Source: Desulfovibrio sp. (GTDB lineage Bacteria > Desulfobacterota > Desulfovibrionia > Desulfovibrionales > Desulfovibrionaceae). Taken from it: a stretch of DNA of 33,780 nt. Positions 6,909 to 16,054 of the stretch are shown piece after piece. How positions within the stretch are numbered: position 1 is the first letter of the stretch; every line of letters starts with the position of its first letter. A program made the position numbers and the translations under genes. The notes under the pieces were generated by a model. It was not told where the DNA came from, did no database searches, and saw only the letters and a program-made list of their open reading frames with translations. The stretch is taken from positions 1 to 33,780 of the forward strand of contig JAITEY010000155.1 in NCBI GenBank assembly GCA_031281815.1. The letters are read 5' to 3'.

Positions 6909-7997
6909 ATGGCTTCCATAACCCTTGACGGTCTGGTCAAGCGCTTCGGCGCGCTGACCGTTGTCGACCGTATCAGCCTGGACATTGAGGACGGGGAGTT
7001 CTTCACCCTGCTCGGACCGAGCGGTTGCGGCAAAACAACCCTGCTGCGCATGCTCGCCGGGTTCGTCGCCCCGGACGAGGGCGACATACGCTTCGCGGGT
7101 AAATCCATCGTCGCCGTCCCGCCCTATCGCCGGGAAACAGGCATGGTTTTCCAGAATTACGCCCTGTTTCCGCACATGACCGTCTTCGAAAACGTCGCAT
7201 ACGGCCTCAAAGCCCGCAAACGCCCGGCACCGGAGATACGGGCAAAGGTCGATGAAATGCTCGCGGGCGTGCGTCTCGACGGATTCGGCGAGCGCCGGCC
7301 CAGGCAGCTTTCCGGCGGCCAGCAGCAGCGCGTGGCCCTGGCCCGCGCCTTGGTCGTACGCCCGAAAGTGCTGCTCATGGACGAACCGCTCTCCAACCTG
7401 GACGCCCGGCTGCGCGTCGACATGCGCGAAGAAATTCGGAGCATACAGAAAGAATTCGGCATCACGACGGTCTACGTCACCCACGACCAGGAAGAAGCCA
7501 TGGCCGTTTCCGACCGCATCGCCGTGCTTGCCGAAGGACGCCTGCGGCAGGCGGGAAGCCCCCGGGATGTTTATATGCACCCTGCGGACGCCTTTACGGC
7601 CGAATTCATGGGCGACTGCGTCATGCTCGACGTCACCGCCGAACCCTCGGGACCGGCGGAGAACTCCGGCGGCACATACGCCCCCCCTGCCGGCCTTGCC
7701 GGTTTCATCAAAGACATGCCCCTTGTGCTGGACATCGGCGCATGCCCGGCGCCGCCGTTCACCCTCATGCTGCGCCCGGACTGGATTGAAACGGCCGGCG
7801 GCAGGGATTGCCCCAACCGCTTTACGGGCATCGTGAAAGAGAGCATTTTTGCCGGCGCGCATGTTCTGTACCGCGTGCAGGCCTTGGGCCGGACAATGCG
7901 GGTGAAGACGCCTGCGCCCGCAGACGGGGAACTGCGCCGGCCGGGCGAGAGTCTGGAGTTTTGTTTCGCGCCGGATCGCCCGGTGCTGCTCGGGTGA
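6909..7997 (+). CDS. ABC transporter ATP-binding protein (PotA/FbpC/AfuC family)
   Basis: Walker A GPSGCGKTT, Q-loop VFQNYALFPH, signature LSGGQQQRVALARAL, Walker B LLMDEPLSNLD, H-loop VTHDQEEA and C-terminal TOBE-like region. Confidence 0.95.
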   Translation: MASITLDGLVKRFGALTVVDRISLDIEDGEFFTLLGPSGCGKTTLLRMLAGFVAPDEGDIRFAGKSIVAVPPYRRETGMVFQNYALFPHMTVFENVAYGLKARKRPAPEIRAKVDEMLAGVRLDGFGERRPRQLSGGQQQRVALARALVVRPKVLLMDEPLSNLDARLRVDMREEIRSIQKEFGITTVYVTHDQEEAMAVSDRIAVLAEGRLRQAGSPRDVYMHPADAFTAEFMGDCVMLDVTAEPSGPAENSGGTYAPPAGLAGFIKDMPLVLDIGACPAPPFTLMLRPDWIETAGGRDCPNRFTGIVKESIFAGAHVLYRVQALGRTMRVKTPAPADGELRRPGESLEFCFAPDRPVLLG

Positions 7998-8004
7998 CGA
8001 CGCC

Positions 8005-9669
8005 GTGGGCTTGCCGCGTTCCCTGTTTTCCTCCTGGAACTGCATTTTCGCGGCTGCGCTGGTCGTTCTCGTCCTGCTCGTCGTGTACCCTATGTTCTCC
8101 ATTTTCGCGGCGAGTTTCGCCGACCCCGAAGCCGGTTCCCCGACCCTGGACAACTATATCAGGGTGTTCCGGACGCCCTTTTACCTGCGCTGCCTGGGCA
8201 ACAGCCTGCTGATGAGCGTCGCGGCCACGGCGTGCAGCGTGGCTGTGGGGGTTCCTTTCGCTTTTTTTCTCACCCGTTTCCGCCTGCCCTGCGCCGACCT
8301 GCTGCGCACCTTGGGCGCCCTGCCGCTCATCCTGCCGACCTTCATAGGGGCCGAGGCTTGGCTGTTGATGCTCGGACGCAGCGGGTTCATCACCCGTTTT
8401 CTGGAAGGGCCGGGCGTGCATTTCCCCGGTATCGCGGGCATGCACGGGATAATCCTGGTGTTTACCCTGCAATTCTTTCCCTTTGTCTTTCTTACGGTCT
8501 CGGCGGCCATAAATTCCGTGGACCGTTCCCTTGAGGAGTCGGCCCGCAACCTGGGCGCAGGCACATTGACGGTACTGCGCACGATTACCTTCCCGGTCAT
8601 CGCGCCTTCCATAGCGGCGGGCGGTCTGCTTGTCTTCTGCATGTCCATTGAAAACTTCGGGGTGCCGACGATTATCGGCGGAGGCGTCAAGGTTCTGGCC
8701 GAGCAGGCGTACAGCGAGTTCATCAATGAACTGGGGGGCAATCCCTCCATGGCGGGCGCCCTGAGTTCCGTGCTGGTCGTTATAACCTTGGCGCTCACCG
8801 TGCTGCAGAAATTCGTGATAGAACGCAAAAGTTACGCCACGTCCGCGCTGCGCCCGCCGGAAATCATCAGGCTGCCGGCCCTGCCGACCTTTGCCGCGAC
8901 GGCGTATTGCGCGCTTGTGCTCTTTCTGGCCCTCGCCCCGTTCATGGTAGTGCTCGTCGCGGCGGTGACCGAATCCAGGGGACCGGTCATGTACTACGGC
9001 AGCTTCAGCCTGGATAATCTCAAAAACGCGCTGCAGGTCGCCCCCCGGCCCATATTCAACTCTTTTTTCCTCTCCACGACCGCCTCACTGATAGGCATGG
9101 TCTTCGGCATGGCTGTCAGTTACCTCATCGTGCGCAAAAAAGGCATGGCGGGTTATGTGCTCGACCTGGCAATGATGCTGCCCCTGGTAATTGCCGGGTC
9201 CGTGCTGGGCATCGCCCTCGCGGCGACCTACAACCGGGGACCTCTGGCCCTGACAGGCACCTGGGTCATCCTGGTGCTGGCCTATTTTGTGCGCAAGACG
9301 CCGTTCGCGGTCAAAAGCGCCTCGGCCCTGCTGCAACAGGTGGACGCGTCGGTCGAGGAAGCCTCCGTCAACCTGGGCGTGCCGCCCCTGGTGTCCTTTC
9401 TCAAGGTCGTCGTGCCGGACATGCTGCCCGGCATCGTGGCCGGAACCATCATCATGTGGGTCACAACCCTCGCCGAACTCAGTTCTACGGTGGTCCTGTA
9501 TTACGGCCCGTGGGCCACTATGACCATCCAGATTTTCCAGTACATAGGCAGCGGTGATTTCGGCCCGGCCTCGGCTTACGGCGCCGTGCTGATCTGCAGC
9601 GTGCTGCTGCCCCTTTTCCTGCTGAACAAGTTCCTCGGCAAGGGCGCCGTGCCTGTGGGGAGTACCTGA
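8005..9669 (+). CDS. ABC transporter permease, two fused transmembrane domains (FbpB/ThiP type)
   Basis: 554 aa, highly hydrophobic, with two EAA motifs (DRSLEESARNLGA, DASVEEASVNLGV). GTG start. Confidence 0.92.
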   Translation: MGLPRSLFSSWNCIFAAALVVLVLLVVYPMFSIFAASFADPEAGSPTLDNYIRVFRTPFYLRCLGNSLLMSVAATACSVAVGVPFAFFLTRFRLPCADLLRTLGALPLILPTFIGAEAWLLMLGRSGFITRFLEGPGVHFPGIAGMHGIILVFTLQFFPFVFLTVSAAINSVDRSLEESARNLGAGTLTVLRTITFPVIAPSIAAGGLLVFCMSIENFGVPTIIGGGVKVLAEQAYSEFINELGGNPSMAGALSSVLVVITLALTVLQKFVIERKSYATSALRPPEIIRLPALPTFAATAYCALVLFLALAPFMVVLVAAVTESRGPVMYYGSFSLDNLKNALQVAPRPIFNSFFLSTTASLIGMVFGMAVSYLIVRKKGMAGYVLDLAMMLPLVIAGSVLGIALAATYNRGPLALTGTWVILVLAYFVRKTPFAVKSASALLQQVDASVEEASVNLGVPPLVSFLKVVVPDMLPGIVAGTIIMWVTTLAELSSTVVLYYGPWATMTIQIFQYIGSGDFGPASAYGAVLICSVLLPLFLLNKFLGKGAVPVGST

Positions 9670-9767
9670 TTTTGCCGGGCCGGCACGCCGGAGAAAAATC
9701 AACATGAGAGCCCGTTAACGTTAACAGCACATTCACGATGAGGGGGTCCGGTGGAAATCATACCCCC

Positions 9768-9882
9768 GGCAGGGTCCGGGACAGAGTCCCGGCGGGGTTC
9801 GGGGCGGAGCCCCGGCGGGGTTCGGGGCGGAGCCCCGGCAGGGTTCGGGGCGGAGCCCCGGCAGGGTTCGGGGCGGAGTCCC
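9768..9882. repeat. Five tandem 23-bp units GGCRGGGTTCGGGGCGGAGCCCC, each with a GNA-triloop hairpin (REP/MITE-like intergenic repeat)
   Basis: Units start at 9768, 9791, 9814, 9837 and 9860. Each contains GGGGC-GGA-GCCCC; unit 1 has GGGAC-AGA-GTCCC and unit 5 has GGGGC-GGA-GTCCC. No unique spacers. Confidence 0.92.
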
Positions 9883-9977
9883 GTTAATCAGCGCTTCCCT
9901 GATGTTCGGCTTTGCGCCTGCTCAGGCCGACGCCGGAGGCGTACAAAATCAATATTAATCGGCTCAGGGATGCCCGA

Positions 9978-11135
9978 ATGAACCGCTCTGAAAGAACTAT
10001 TTTCGCGCGCCTCAACATGGGAGCATTCCTCAGTTTCCTGGTCGTGGGCCTGCCTCTGCCCGTGCTTCCGCTGTACGTGCACGACACGCTGGGCTACGGC
10101 GCGGTTGTCGTCGGGGCTTGCGTAGGCACGCATTTTCTCGCCGCCGTGCTCTTCCGCGCCCGCGCGGGCCGTCTGGCGGACACGTGGGGAGCACGGCATA
10201 CCGTGCATGCCGGCTTTCTTCTTATGGGTTGCTCGGGATTGCCGTATATCCTGGTCGCCTGGAACCTGTGCCCGGAAATTCTCAAACTCCCCCTGATTAT
10301 CGCAAGCCGCTGCAGCCTCGGCATAGGCCACAGCATGGTCGGCACCGGGTCCATCGCCTGGGGTCTGGGGCTGCTCGGCCCGCCTCACGCCGCCGCCGTC
10401 GTGGCCTGGAGCGGCGTGGCCATGTACGCGGGCATCGGCTTCGGTTCCCCCATCGGCCTTGTCCTTTGGAACGCCGCCGGCCCGGCCCTGCTCGGACTCG
10501 CCTGCTGCCTGCTGCCGGCCCTGTCCGCCCTGTCCGTCCGCCCCATGCGTGAAATACCCGTGCTGCGGCAGGCCGAAGGCACAACAACAGCGGGCATACT
10601 CCGGCAGGTCGCCTGCTCCGGCGTCTGTCTGGCCCTGAACGGCGTCGGCAACTCCGTGGTCAGCGCCTTCATCAGCCTGTATTTTGCCTCCATGGACTGG
10701 GACCACGCCGCGTTCGCCCTGAGTTGCTTCGGCTTCTCCTTTGTCGCCGGACGCATTTTCTGCGGAGGCTTCCGCACCGCAAAGGCGGAACACAGGGCCG
10801 CCGCGTGCGCTTTCGCCTTGGAACTGGTCGGGTTGACCATGACGGCCGCATTGCCCTTCCCCGTTGCGTCCGCTATCGGCGTTTCCCTGGTCGGCTTCGG
10901 CTGTTCCCTGGTCTTTCCCGCCCTGGCCGTGGCCCTGCTGCGCCGCCTGCCCAACGAGGTGCGCGGCACGGCCCTCGGCTGCTTTACCGCCTTTCAGGAT
11001 ATTTCCTACGCCGCCACAGGTCCCCTGACAGGATTGCTGGTCCCCGGTTTCGGCTATGCCTCGGTCTTTTACGCGGCCGCCGCCTGCGCGGCCCTAGGCT
11101 TCGTCCTCGTGGCGACAGGATTTGACAGGCGCTGA
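9978..11135 (+). CDS. MFS transporter (YfcJ/YhhS-like)
   Basis: About 12 hydrophobic segments, GLPLPVLPLYVHD.LG, motif A (AGRLADTWGAR), G.G.SLVFPAL and RGTALG.FTAFQD. Start placed at ATG 9978. Confidence 0.88.
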   Translation: MNRSERTIFARLNMGAFLSFLVVGLPLPVLPLYVHDTLGYGAVVVGACVGTHFLAAVLFRARAGRLADTWGARHTVHAGFLLMGCSGLPYILVAWNLCPEILKLPLIIASRCSLGIGHSMVGTGSIAWGLGLLGPPHAAAVVAWSGVAMYAGIGFGSPIGLVLWNAAGPALLGLACCLLPALSALSVRPMREIPVLRQAEGTTTAGILRQVACSGVCLALNGVGNSVVSAFISLYFASMDWDHAAFALSCFGFSFVAGRIFCGGFRTAKAEHRAAACAFALELVGLTMTAALPFPVASAIGVSLVGFGCSLVFPALAVALLRRLPNEVRGTALGCFTAFQDISYAATGPLTGLLVPGFGYASVFYAAAACAALGFVLVATGFDRR

Positions 11136-11159
11136 ATACGTATACCCCCGGAGAAAACG

Positions 11160-12329
11160 ATGGTCGGCAGCGTAAGAAACGTAAAGAAACTACCGGATGT
11201 TGTGGAACTTGCGCAAGATTTGGTACGCTTTTCCACCGTTTTAGGTGAAAATGAACGAACGGTTCTGGAGTACCTCGCAGGTCCGCTGGAAGATGCGGGT
11301 TTTGCCTGCTCTTTCGACGCCTATGATGAGCACAGCCCGCAGAGGGCGTCGCTCATAGCCCGCCTGCGCCCGGAAGACGACGTTCCTTCACTGTACCTGG
11401 GAGGGCACATTGACACCGTGCCTTTCGGCAACGCCGCTTGGCGGTATGACCCGTTGGGGGGCGTCGTTGAAGACGGGCGTCTTTACGGCCGCGGGGCCTG
11501 CGATATGAAGGGCGGCGTAGCCGCTCTGGTCCGCGCCGCCCTCGACTTTGCCCTTGAAAGTCGGGAAAACGGGCGGAAACGCGACCTTGTGCTGCACATT
11601 TACGGCGGCGAGGAAGGCGGCTGCTTCGGGTCGCGCCGGGCGGCGCAACGCCCGGAACTGTTCGGCAAGCCCGGCGCGGGCATCGTCGCCGAACCGAGTT
11701 CCCTCATGCCCCTGTCCGGGCACAAGGGCGCGCTGTGGCTGACCCTGCGCACAACAGGACGCACCGCGCACGCCTCCATGCCCGACAAGGGCGACAACGC
11801 CCTGCTCTCCATGCTGCGCGCTGCGGCGCGTCTCGCGAACTTTCACCCCGACGCCCCGCACAACCTGCTGGGCGACGCCACCGCCGCGCTGACCTCCCTG
11901 CATTCCGGCCTGAATTCCAATTCCATCCCGGACAAGGCCGAGCTGACGCTGGATATGCGCACGGTGCCGGGAGCAGCCCACGCCGACCTTGTACGCCGCG
12001 TTGCGGAAACAGCCGGACCCGATGTCCGCATTGAAGTGGTCTACGACGCCCCCGCCGTCTGGACGGACCCGGACTTGCCGTGGAGTGTGCGCGTGCGGGA
12101 ACTGACCTGCGCGATTACCGGCGACGCTCCCGCAGTGCGCTGCGCGAACTTTTTCACGGACGCCGCCTCGGTCCGCGCCGTTTTCCCGGATCTCCCGCTC
12201 TGCATTCTGGGTCCCGGCGATCCGGCTCTGGCCCATGCGACGGATGAATTTTGTCCTGTGGAACAGATACGCGCTGCCCGGCGCATCTACGCCGCGCTTA
12301 TCACGGATTGGTATGCGGAGCGCGGATGA
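11160..12329 (+). CDS. M20 family metallohydrolase (ArgE/DapE-like)
   Basis: GHIDTVP, GRLYGRGACDMKGG, GEEGG, AEPS, G..AHAS and AHATDE metal-ligand motifs. Confidence 0.9.
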   Translation: MVGSVRNVKKLPDVVELAQDLVRFSTVLGENERTVLEYLAGPLEDAGFACSFDAYDEHSPQRASLIARLRPEDDVPSLYLGGHIDTVPFGNAAWRYDPLGGVVEDGRLYGRGACDMKGGVAALVRAALDFALESRENGRKRDLVLHIYGGEEGGCFGSRRAAQRPELFGKPGAGIVAEPSSLMPLSGHKGALWLTLRTTGRTAHASMPDKGDNALLSMLRAAARLANFHPDAPHNLLGDATAALTSLHSGLNSNSIPDKAELTLDMRTVPGAAHADLVRRVAETAGPDVRIEVVYDAPAVWTDPDLPWSVRVRELTCAITGDAPAVRCANFFTDAASVRAVFPDLPLCILGPGDPALAHATDEFCPVEQIRAARRIYAALITDWYAERG

Positions 12330-13404
12330 ACGCCGCGGTATGCCATGCATCCATCAAGGCCCGCACATGCCGGGCAACGGCCCCGGCCAACGGCGGAGGA
12401 ACGGCATTGCCGATTTGTCCGGCGATTTCGACCTTGGTGCCGCTGAACTGAAAATCGTCGGGAAAACCCATCAGGCGGGCCGCTTCCCGGTGCGTTATAG
12501 GGCGGTGCTGGTCAGGGTGCAGATAGCGCCCCTTTTCCGGCTTAAAGAATTCTGTCCGAATGGTCACAGAGGGCCTGTTCCACCACAGGCGACCGAACAG
12601 GTCTGTTCCCCCGCCGGTCTTGCGTATCCAACACTCCGGCGTCAATTCGGGCGCGTTCTTTTGCAGGTCGAAGCGATTACCGCCGGGAGGCACGGCCTGA
12701 TATCTTTGCAGACTTTTTTCTGTTGGTGTCCGGCCGAAGTGTAAATTCAACGGCGGCGGCACGTCTCGCACTTCAATTCCATGAGGTGTCGGCAAGTCGG
12801 CAATGGCATCCTGTACTGTACGCCAGGAGAGGAGGTGTTGATTTCCGTTCCCGTTGCCCTGTGAATGTGTTTTCTCAGGAGGAAAAGGCACAGAGAAGCC
12901 GAATTCTTTTTTCCAACCAAGAATAAAGGCCCGGATGCGCGTTTGCGGAGCGCCGTAATCGGCTGCGTTCAGCAGCGAACCGGTAGTATAAAAGCCGAGC
13001 TCATCGGCTCGAAGTGTGACGGCGTTGTACTCCGGTGAATTGAGAAGTCCTTGTACGTTCTCAATCACAAAAACCGATGCTCCGCAGTTCTTTACCATAT
13101 CCATATAGGGCTGCCACAGGGCACGACGTGCGTCACCCGCACGTCCTTTATTCAAAAGGCTGAAACCTTGGCAGGGTGGTCCGCCTATGACAATATCCGC
13201 TTTCGGGACGGCATGTTTGCCGTCGGCCCACTCCTCAATATCCCCGCAAACAGCATGGGGCCCGAAGTTCAAGGCATAGGAAGCCGTTGCCGCCTTGTCA
13301 CGGTCAACGGCAAAGACGCTCTCGAACCCGCCGCCGAAACGCGGGTCTGAAAAGCCCAGAGTCATGCCTCCACAGCCGGAAAAAACATCAAGAAGTGTAT
13401 ACAT
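12301..13404 (-). CDS. DNA (cytosine-5)-methyltransferase, orphan
   Basis: Motif I DVFSGCGG, IV GGPPCQGFS, VI IENV, VIII PQTRIRAF, IX REAARLMGFP, X QIGNAVPP. ATG start at 13404 preferred over TTG 13425. Confidence 0.95.
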   Translation of the reverse strand: MYTLLDVFSGCGGMTLGFSDPRFGGGFESVFAVDRDKAATASYALNFGPHAVCGDIEEWADGKHAVPKADIVIGGPPCQGFSLLNKGRAGDARRALWQPYMDMVKNCGASVFVIENVQGLLNSPEYNAVTLRADELGFYTTGSLLNAADYGAPQTRIRAFILGWKKEFGFSVPFPPEKTHSQGNGNGNQHLLSWRTVQDAIADLPTPHGIEVRDVPPPLNLHFGRTPTEKSLQRYQAVPPGGNRFDLQKNAPELTPECWIRKTGGGTDLFGRLWWNRPSVTIRTEFFKPEKGRYLHPDQHRPITHREAARLMGFPDDFQFSGTKVEIAGQIGNAVPPPLAGAVARHVRALMDAWHTAAFIRAPHTNP

Positions 13405-13475
13405 GGCGGCTGCAGGCGGCCTCAATGCTTTGCGGCATGCAACATAAGCGCTTTCGGCCGATAATGCGGAATGAC

Positions 13476-14216
13476 TCAGAGTTCTTCCAGCAGTTCGTCC
13501 GGGAGTTCGAAATTGGCGTGCACCTGCTGGACGTCTTCGTTGTCTTCCAAGGCTTCCACGAGGCGCAGAACTTTGCGTCCGGTGTCAGCGTCCACGTCGA
13601 CGCTGTTCTGCGGCAGCGCGGCGATTTCCGCGTTCCGCACGGCGATACCCGCCTCTTCAAAGGCCCGGCACAGGGCATCGAAGTCGCCGGGGGCACAGTG
13701 CAGTTCCCAACAGTCATCTTCGTCCAGCAGGTCTTCGGCGCCGTTTTCCAGGCCGATTTCCATGAGATGCTCTTCGCTTCCGGCTGTCTTGTCGAAGGTC
13801 AGCACGCCTTTTTTGGCGAACATCCAGGCAACGGAGCCGGCATCGCCCAAGGTGCCGCCGTGCTTGGTGAAAATGTGCCGCACGTCGGCCACGGTGCGGT
13901 TGCGGTTGTCGGTCGCGGTTTCAACCAGCACGGCGACGCCGCCGGGGCCGTAACCCTCATAGACGATTTCGACGAAATCCCCGCCGGCTTCCTCGCCCGT
14001 ACCTTTACGGATTGCCGAATCTATGCGGTCCTTGGGCAGGCTCACGCTTTTGGCAAAGGCTACGGCCGAACGCAGGCGCGGATTGAAAGCCGGGTTGCCG
14101 CCGCCTCTGGCGGCTATGATGATTTCTTTGGCGGCGCGCGTGAAATCCTTGCTGCGCTTGGCGTCCTGCCTGCCTTTCCGATGCTGGATGTTCTTCCATT
14201 TGCTGTGCCCGGACAT
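13476..14216 (-). CDS. yebC: YebC/PmpR family protein
   Basis: [37 protein letters not shown] and [12 protein letters not shown] motifs; 246 aa. Confidence 0.96.
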   Translation of the reverse strand: MSGHSKWKNIQHRKGRQDAKRSKDFTRAAKEIIIAARGGGNPAFNPRLRSAVAFAKSVSLPKDRIDSAIRKGTGEEAGGDFVEIVYEGYGPGGVAVLVETATDNRNRTVADVRHIFTKHGGTLGDAGSVAWMFAKKGVLTFDKTAGSEEHLMEIGLENGAEDLLDEDDCWELHCAPGDFDALCRAFEEAGIAVRNAEIAALPQNSVDVDADTGRKVLRLVEALEDNEDVQQVHANFELPDELLEEL

Positions 14217-14241
14217 GATTCCTCCGTATTGCCGCGCTGTA

Positions 14242-15441
14242 TCAGGTGACGGTCAGGCGCAGAAAGCGCTTTTTGCCCAGTTTGATGCGATAGTCTCCTT
14301 TGCCCAGAGGGGTTGCGCCGTCAAGACGGACCTCGCCGTTCACATGCAGGGCCTTCTGCGCGATGAGCCGTCTTGCCTCGCTGCGGGACGGCGTCAGGCC
14401 CGACGCTGCCAAAAAGGCCGCGGGCGACGAGTCCTCACCTTCGGCGCAACAGTATTCCGGGGTATCGTCAGGGTAGCAGCCTTCGGCGAACACGGCGTTG
14501 AACCCGGCCCGGGCTTCCTCCGCCGCGGCCGTTCCGTGGTACAGGGCGGTGAGTTCCAGAGCCAGTTCTTCCTTGACTTCTTTGGGATGACGCGTCCCCT
14601 GTTCCACATTCCGGCGCAGGACGGCGATCTCATCCAGAGATTTGCTTGAAAGCAACTCGAAGTAGCGCCACATGAGCGTATCGGACACGGACATGGTTTT
14701 GCCGAAAATCTGCGCGGCCGGCTCGTCGATGCCGATGTAGTTGCCCAAGGATTTCGACATCTTGCGCTCGCCGTCCAGCCCCTCCAGCAGAGGCATGGTC
14801 AGTACGCATTGCGGCTCTTCGCCGTACTGTCCCTGCAGATGCCGGCCGACAAGCAGATTGAATTTCTGGTCCGTGCCGCCCAGTTCCACATCGCTTTTCA
14901 GCATGACGGAATCATAGCCCTGGGCCAGTGGGTAGAGAAATTCGTGTATGGAGATGGGCTGCCCGTTCCTGTAGCGTTTGTCGAAATCGTCGCGTTCCAG
15001 CATTCTGGCCACTGTGTAATGCGAGGCCAGACGGATGAAGCCCGCGGCGTCCAGAGCCCCCAGCCATGCGGAATTGAAGGCGACTTCGGTTTTCTCCGGG
15101 TCCAGGATCTTGAAAACCTGCTTTTTGTAGGTTTCCGCATTGGCCCTGACCTGTTCTTCGCTCAAGGGAGGGCGGGTATCGCTGCGCCCGGACGGGTCGC
15201 CTATGCGGCCGGTGAAATCGCCTATGAGAAAAATCACCTTGTGCCCGAGTTCCTGAAAATGTCGCATCTTGCGGATGACCACTGTATGGCCGAGGTGCAG
15301 GTCGGGGGCCGTGGGATCAAAGCCCACCTTGACGCGCAGGGGGACGCCGCGCGCAAGCTTTTTCCGCAGCCCGTCCTCTTCGATAAGTTCGGCGCAGCCG
15401 CGTTTGATCAGGGCCAGTTGCGCATCCACGTCAGGCGTCAT
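14242..15441 (-). CDS. tyrS: Tyrosine--tRNA ligase
   Basis: [13 protein letters not shown] (HIGH), [33 protein letters not shown] and C-terminal S4 domain. Confidence 0.97.
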   Translation of the reverse strand: MTPDVDAQLALIKRGCAELIEEDGLRKKLARGVPLRVKVGFDPTAPDLHLGHTVVIRKMRHFQELGHKVIFLIGDFTGRIGDPSGRSDTRPPLSEEQVRANAETYKKQVFKILDPEKTEVAFNSAWLGALDAAGFIRLASHYTVARMLERDDFDKRYRNGQPISIHEFLYPLAQGYDSVMLKSDVELGGTDQKFNLLVGRHLQGQYGEEPQCVLTMPLLEGLDGERKMSKSLGNYIGIDEPAAQIFGKTMSVSDTLMWRYFELLSSKSLDEIAVLRRNVEQGTRHPKEVKEELALELTALYHGTAAAEEARAGFNAVFAEGCYPDDTPEYCCAEGEDSSPAAFLAASGLTPSRSEARRLIAQKALHVNGEVRLDGATPLGKGDYRIKLGKKRFLRLTVT

Positions 15442-16054
15442 TGTCTTTCCCCATCTTGAAGTCCACCTTGATTTTGTACATGCGCTCGGCCGGGAAACGC
15501 GCGATTGCGATGCCCGTTCTGCGCGTCAGTCCGTCGAGCACCTCGTCCAGAGCCTCCGGGGAGGGGGCCGTGCAGGTAAACCAGACGTTGTACGTGTGCC
15601 GGCGCAGGTAGTTGTGCGTGACGCCCGCCTGGGCGTTCACTTCTTGCGTAAAGGTTCGCAGCATGTCGGGCGGCACTTTTGCCGCGCACAGGGCGCCGAC
15701 GTATCCGAGCCTGCCGGAGTCGAAGACGGCGCCGAGGCGGCGGATCAGGCCGCGTTCCCTGAGCGCGCGCACGCGGCGGAACGCCTCCTCTTCCCCCATG
15801 CCGCAACGCTCGCCTATAACGGCATAAGGCCGGGACGCAAGAGGAAAATCCGTCTGAATGACGTCGAGGATGCGGCAATCGGCGTCATCCAAAGGAACGT
15901 CGGGAATGCGGCAATCCGCGCCCTCCTCCGAACCGCAATCCGCATTGTCGGGATTGTCCGGCAAACCTTGCCCTGTGCGCGTGTCCTCGAGAGGGGTTTG
16001 CCGGGCGGGGTGCGGGAACGCCGCGCCGTCGGCTTCTTTCAGAGGAACGGACAT
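15431..16054 (-). CDS. ahbA: Siroheme decarboxylase subunit alpha (AsnC/Lrp-like)
   Basis: [37 protein letters not shown] and GVTHNY.R.H.YNVWFT motifs. Follows ahbD. The N-terminal about 50 aa are low-complexity, so the start is uncertain. Confidence 0.85.
   Translation of the reverse strand: MSVPLKEADGAAFPHPARQTPLEDTRTGQGLPDNPDNADCGSEEGADCRIPDVPLDDADCRILDVIQTDFPLASRPYAVIGERCGMGEEEAFRRVRALRERGLIRRLGAVFDSGRLGYVGALCAAKVPPDMLRTFTQEVNAQAGVTHNYLRRHTYNVWFTCTAPSPEALDEVLDGLTRRTGIAIARFPAERMYKIKVDFKMGKDNDA

Larger units (their letters stand above)
5512..6928. mobile_element. Integrase-less genomic islet (1,397-bp unit) carrying higBA, inserted at the 5' end of the ABC ATPase gene
   Basis: Flanked by the exact 20-bp direct repeat ATGGCTTCCATAACCCTTGA (5512-5531 and 6909-6928; 22/23 identical if extended). 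Interior is visibly AT-richer than the flanks, carries a TA pair and a pseudogene, and splits an SBP-ATPase-permease operon. Confidence 0.82.

Noticed and set aside
5512-6928. Integron cassette or IS interpretation of the islet
   Set aside because: GTTRRRY-like words exist (for example GTTAAGC near 6667), but I could not pair them into an attC. No terminal inverted repeats or transposase are present, and the 20-bp direct repeat fits an att core better.
9768-9882. CRISPR array, or the 76-aa ORF 9751..9981
   Set aside because: The repeats are head-to-tail without unique spacers and no cas genes are present. The ORF is only a translation of the repeat.
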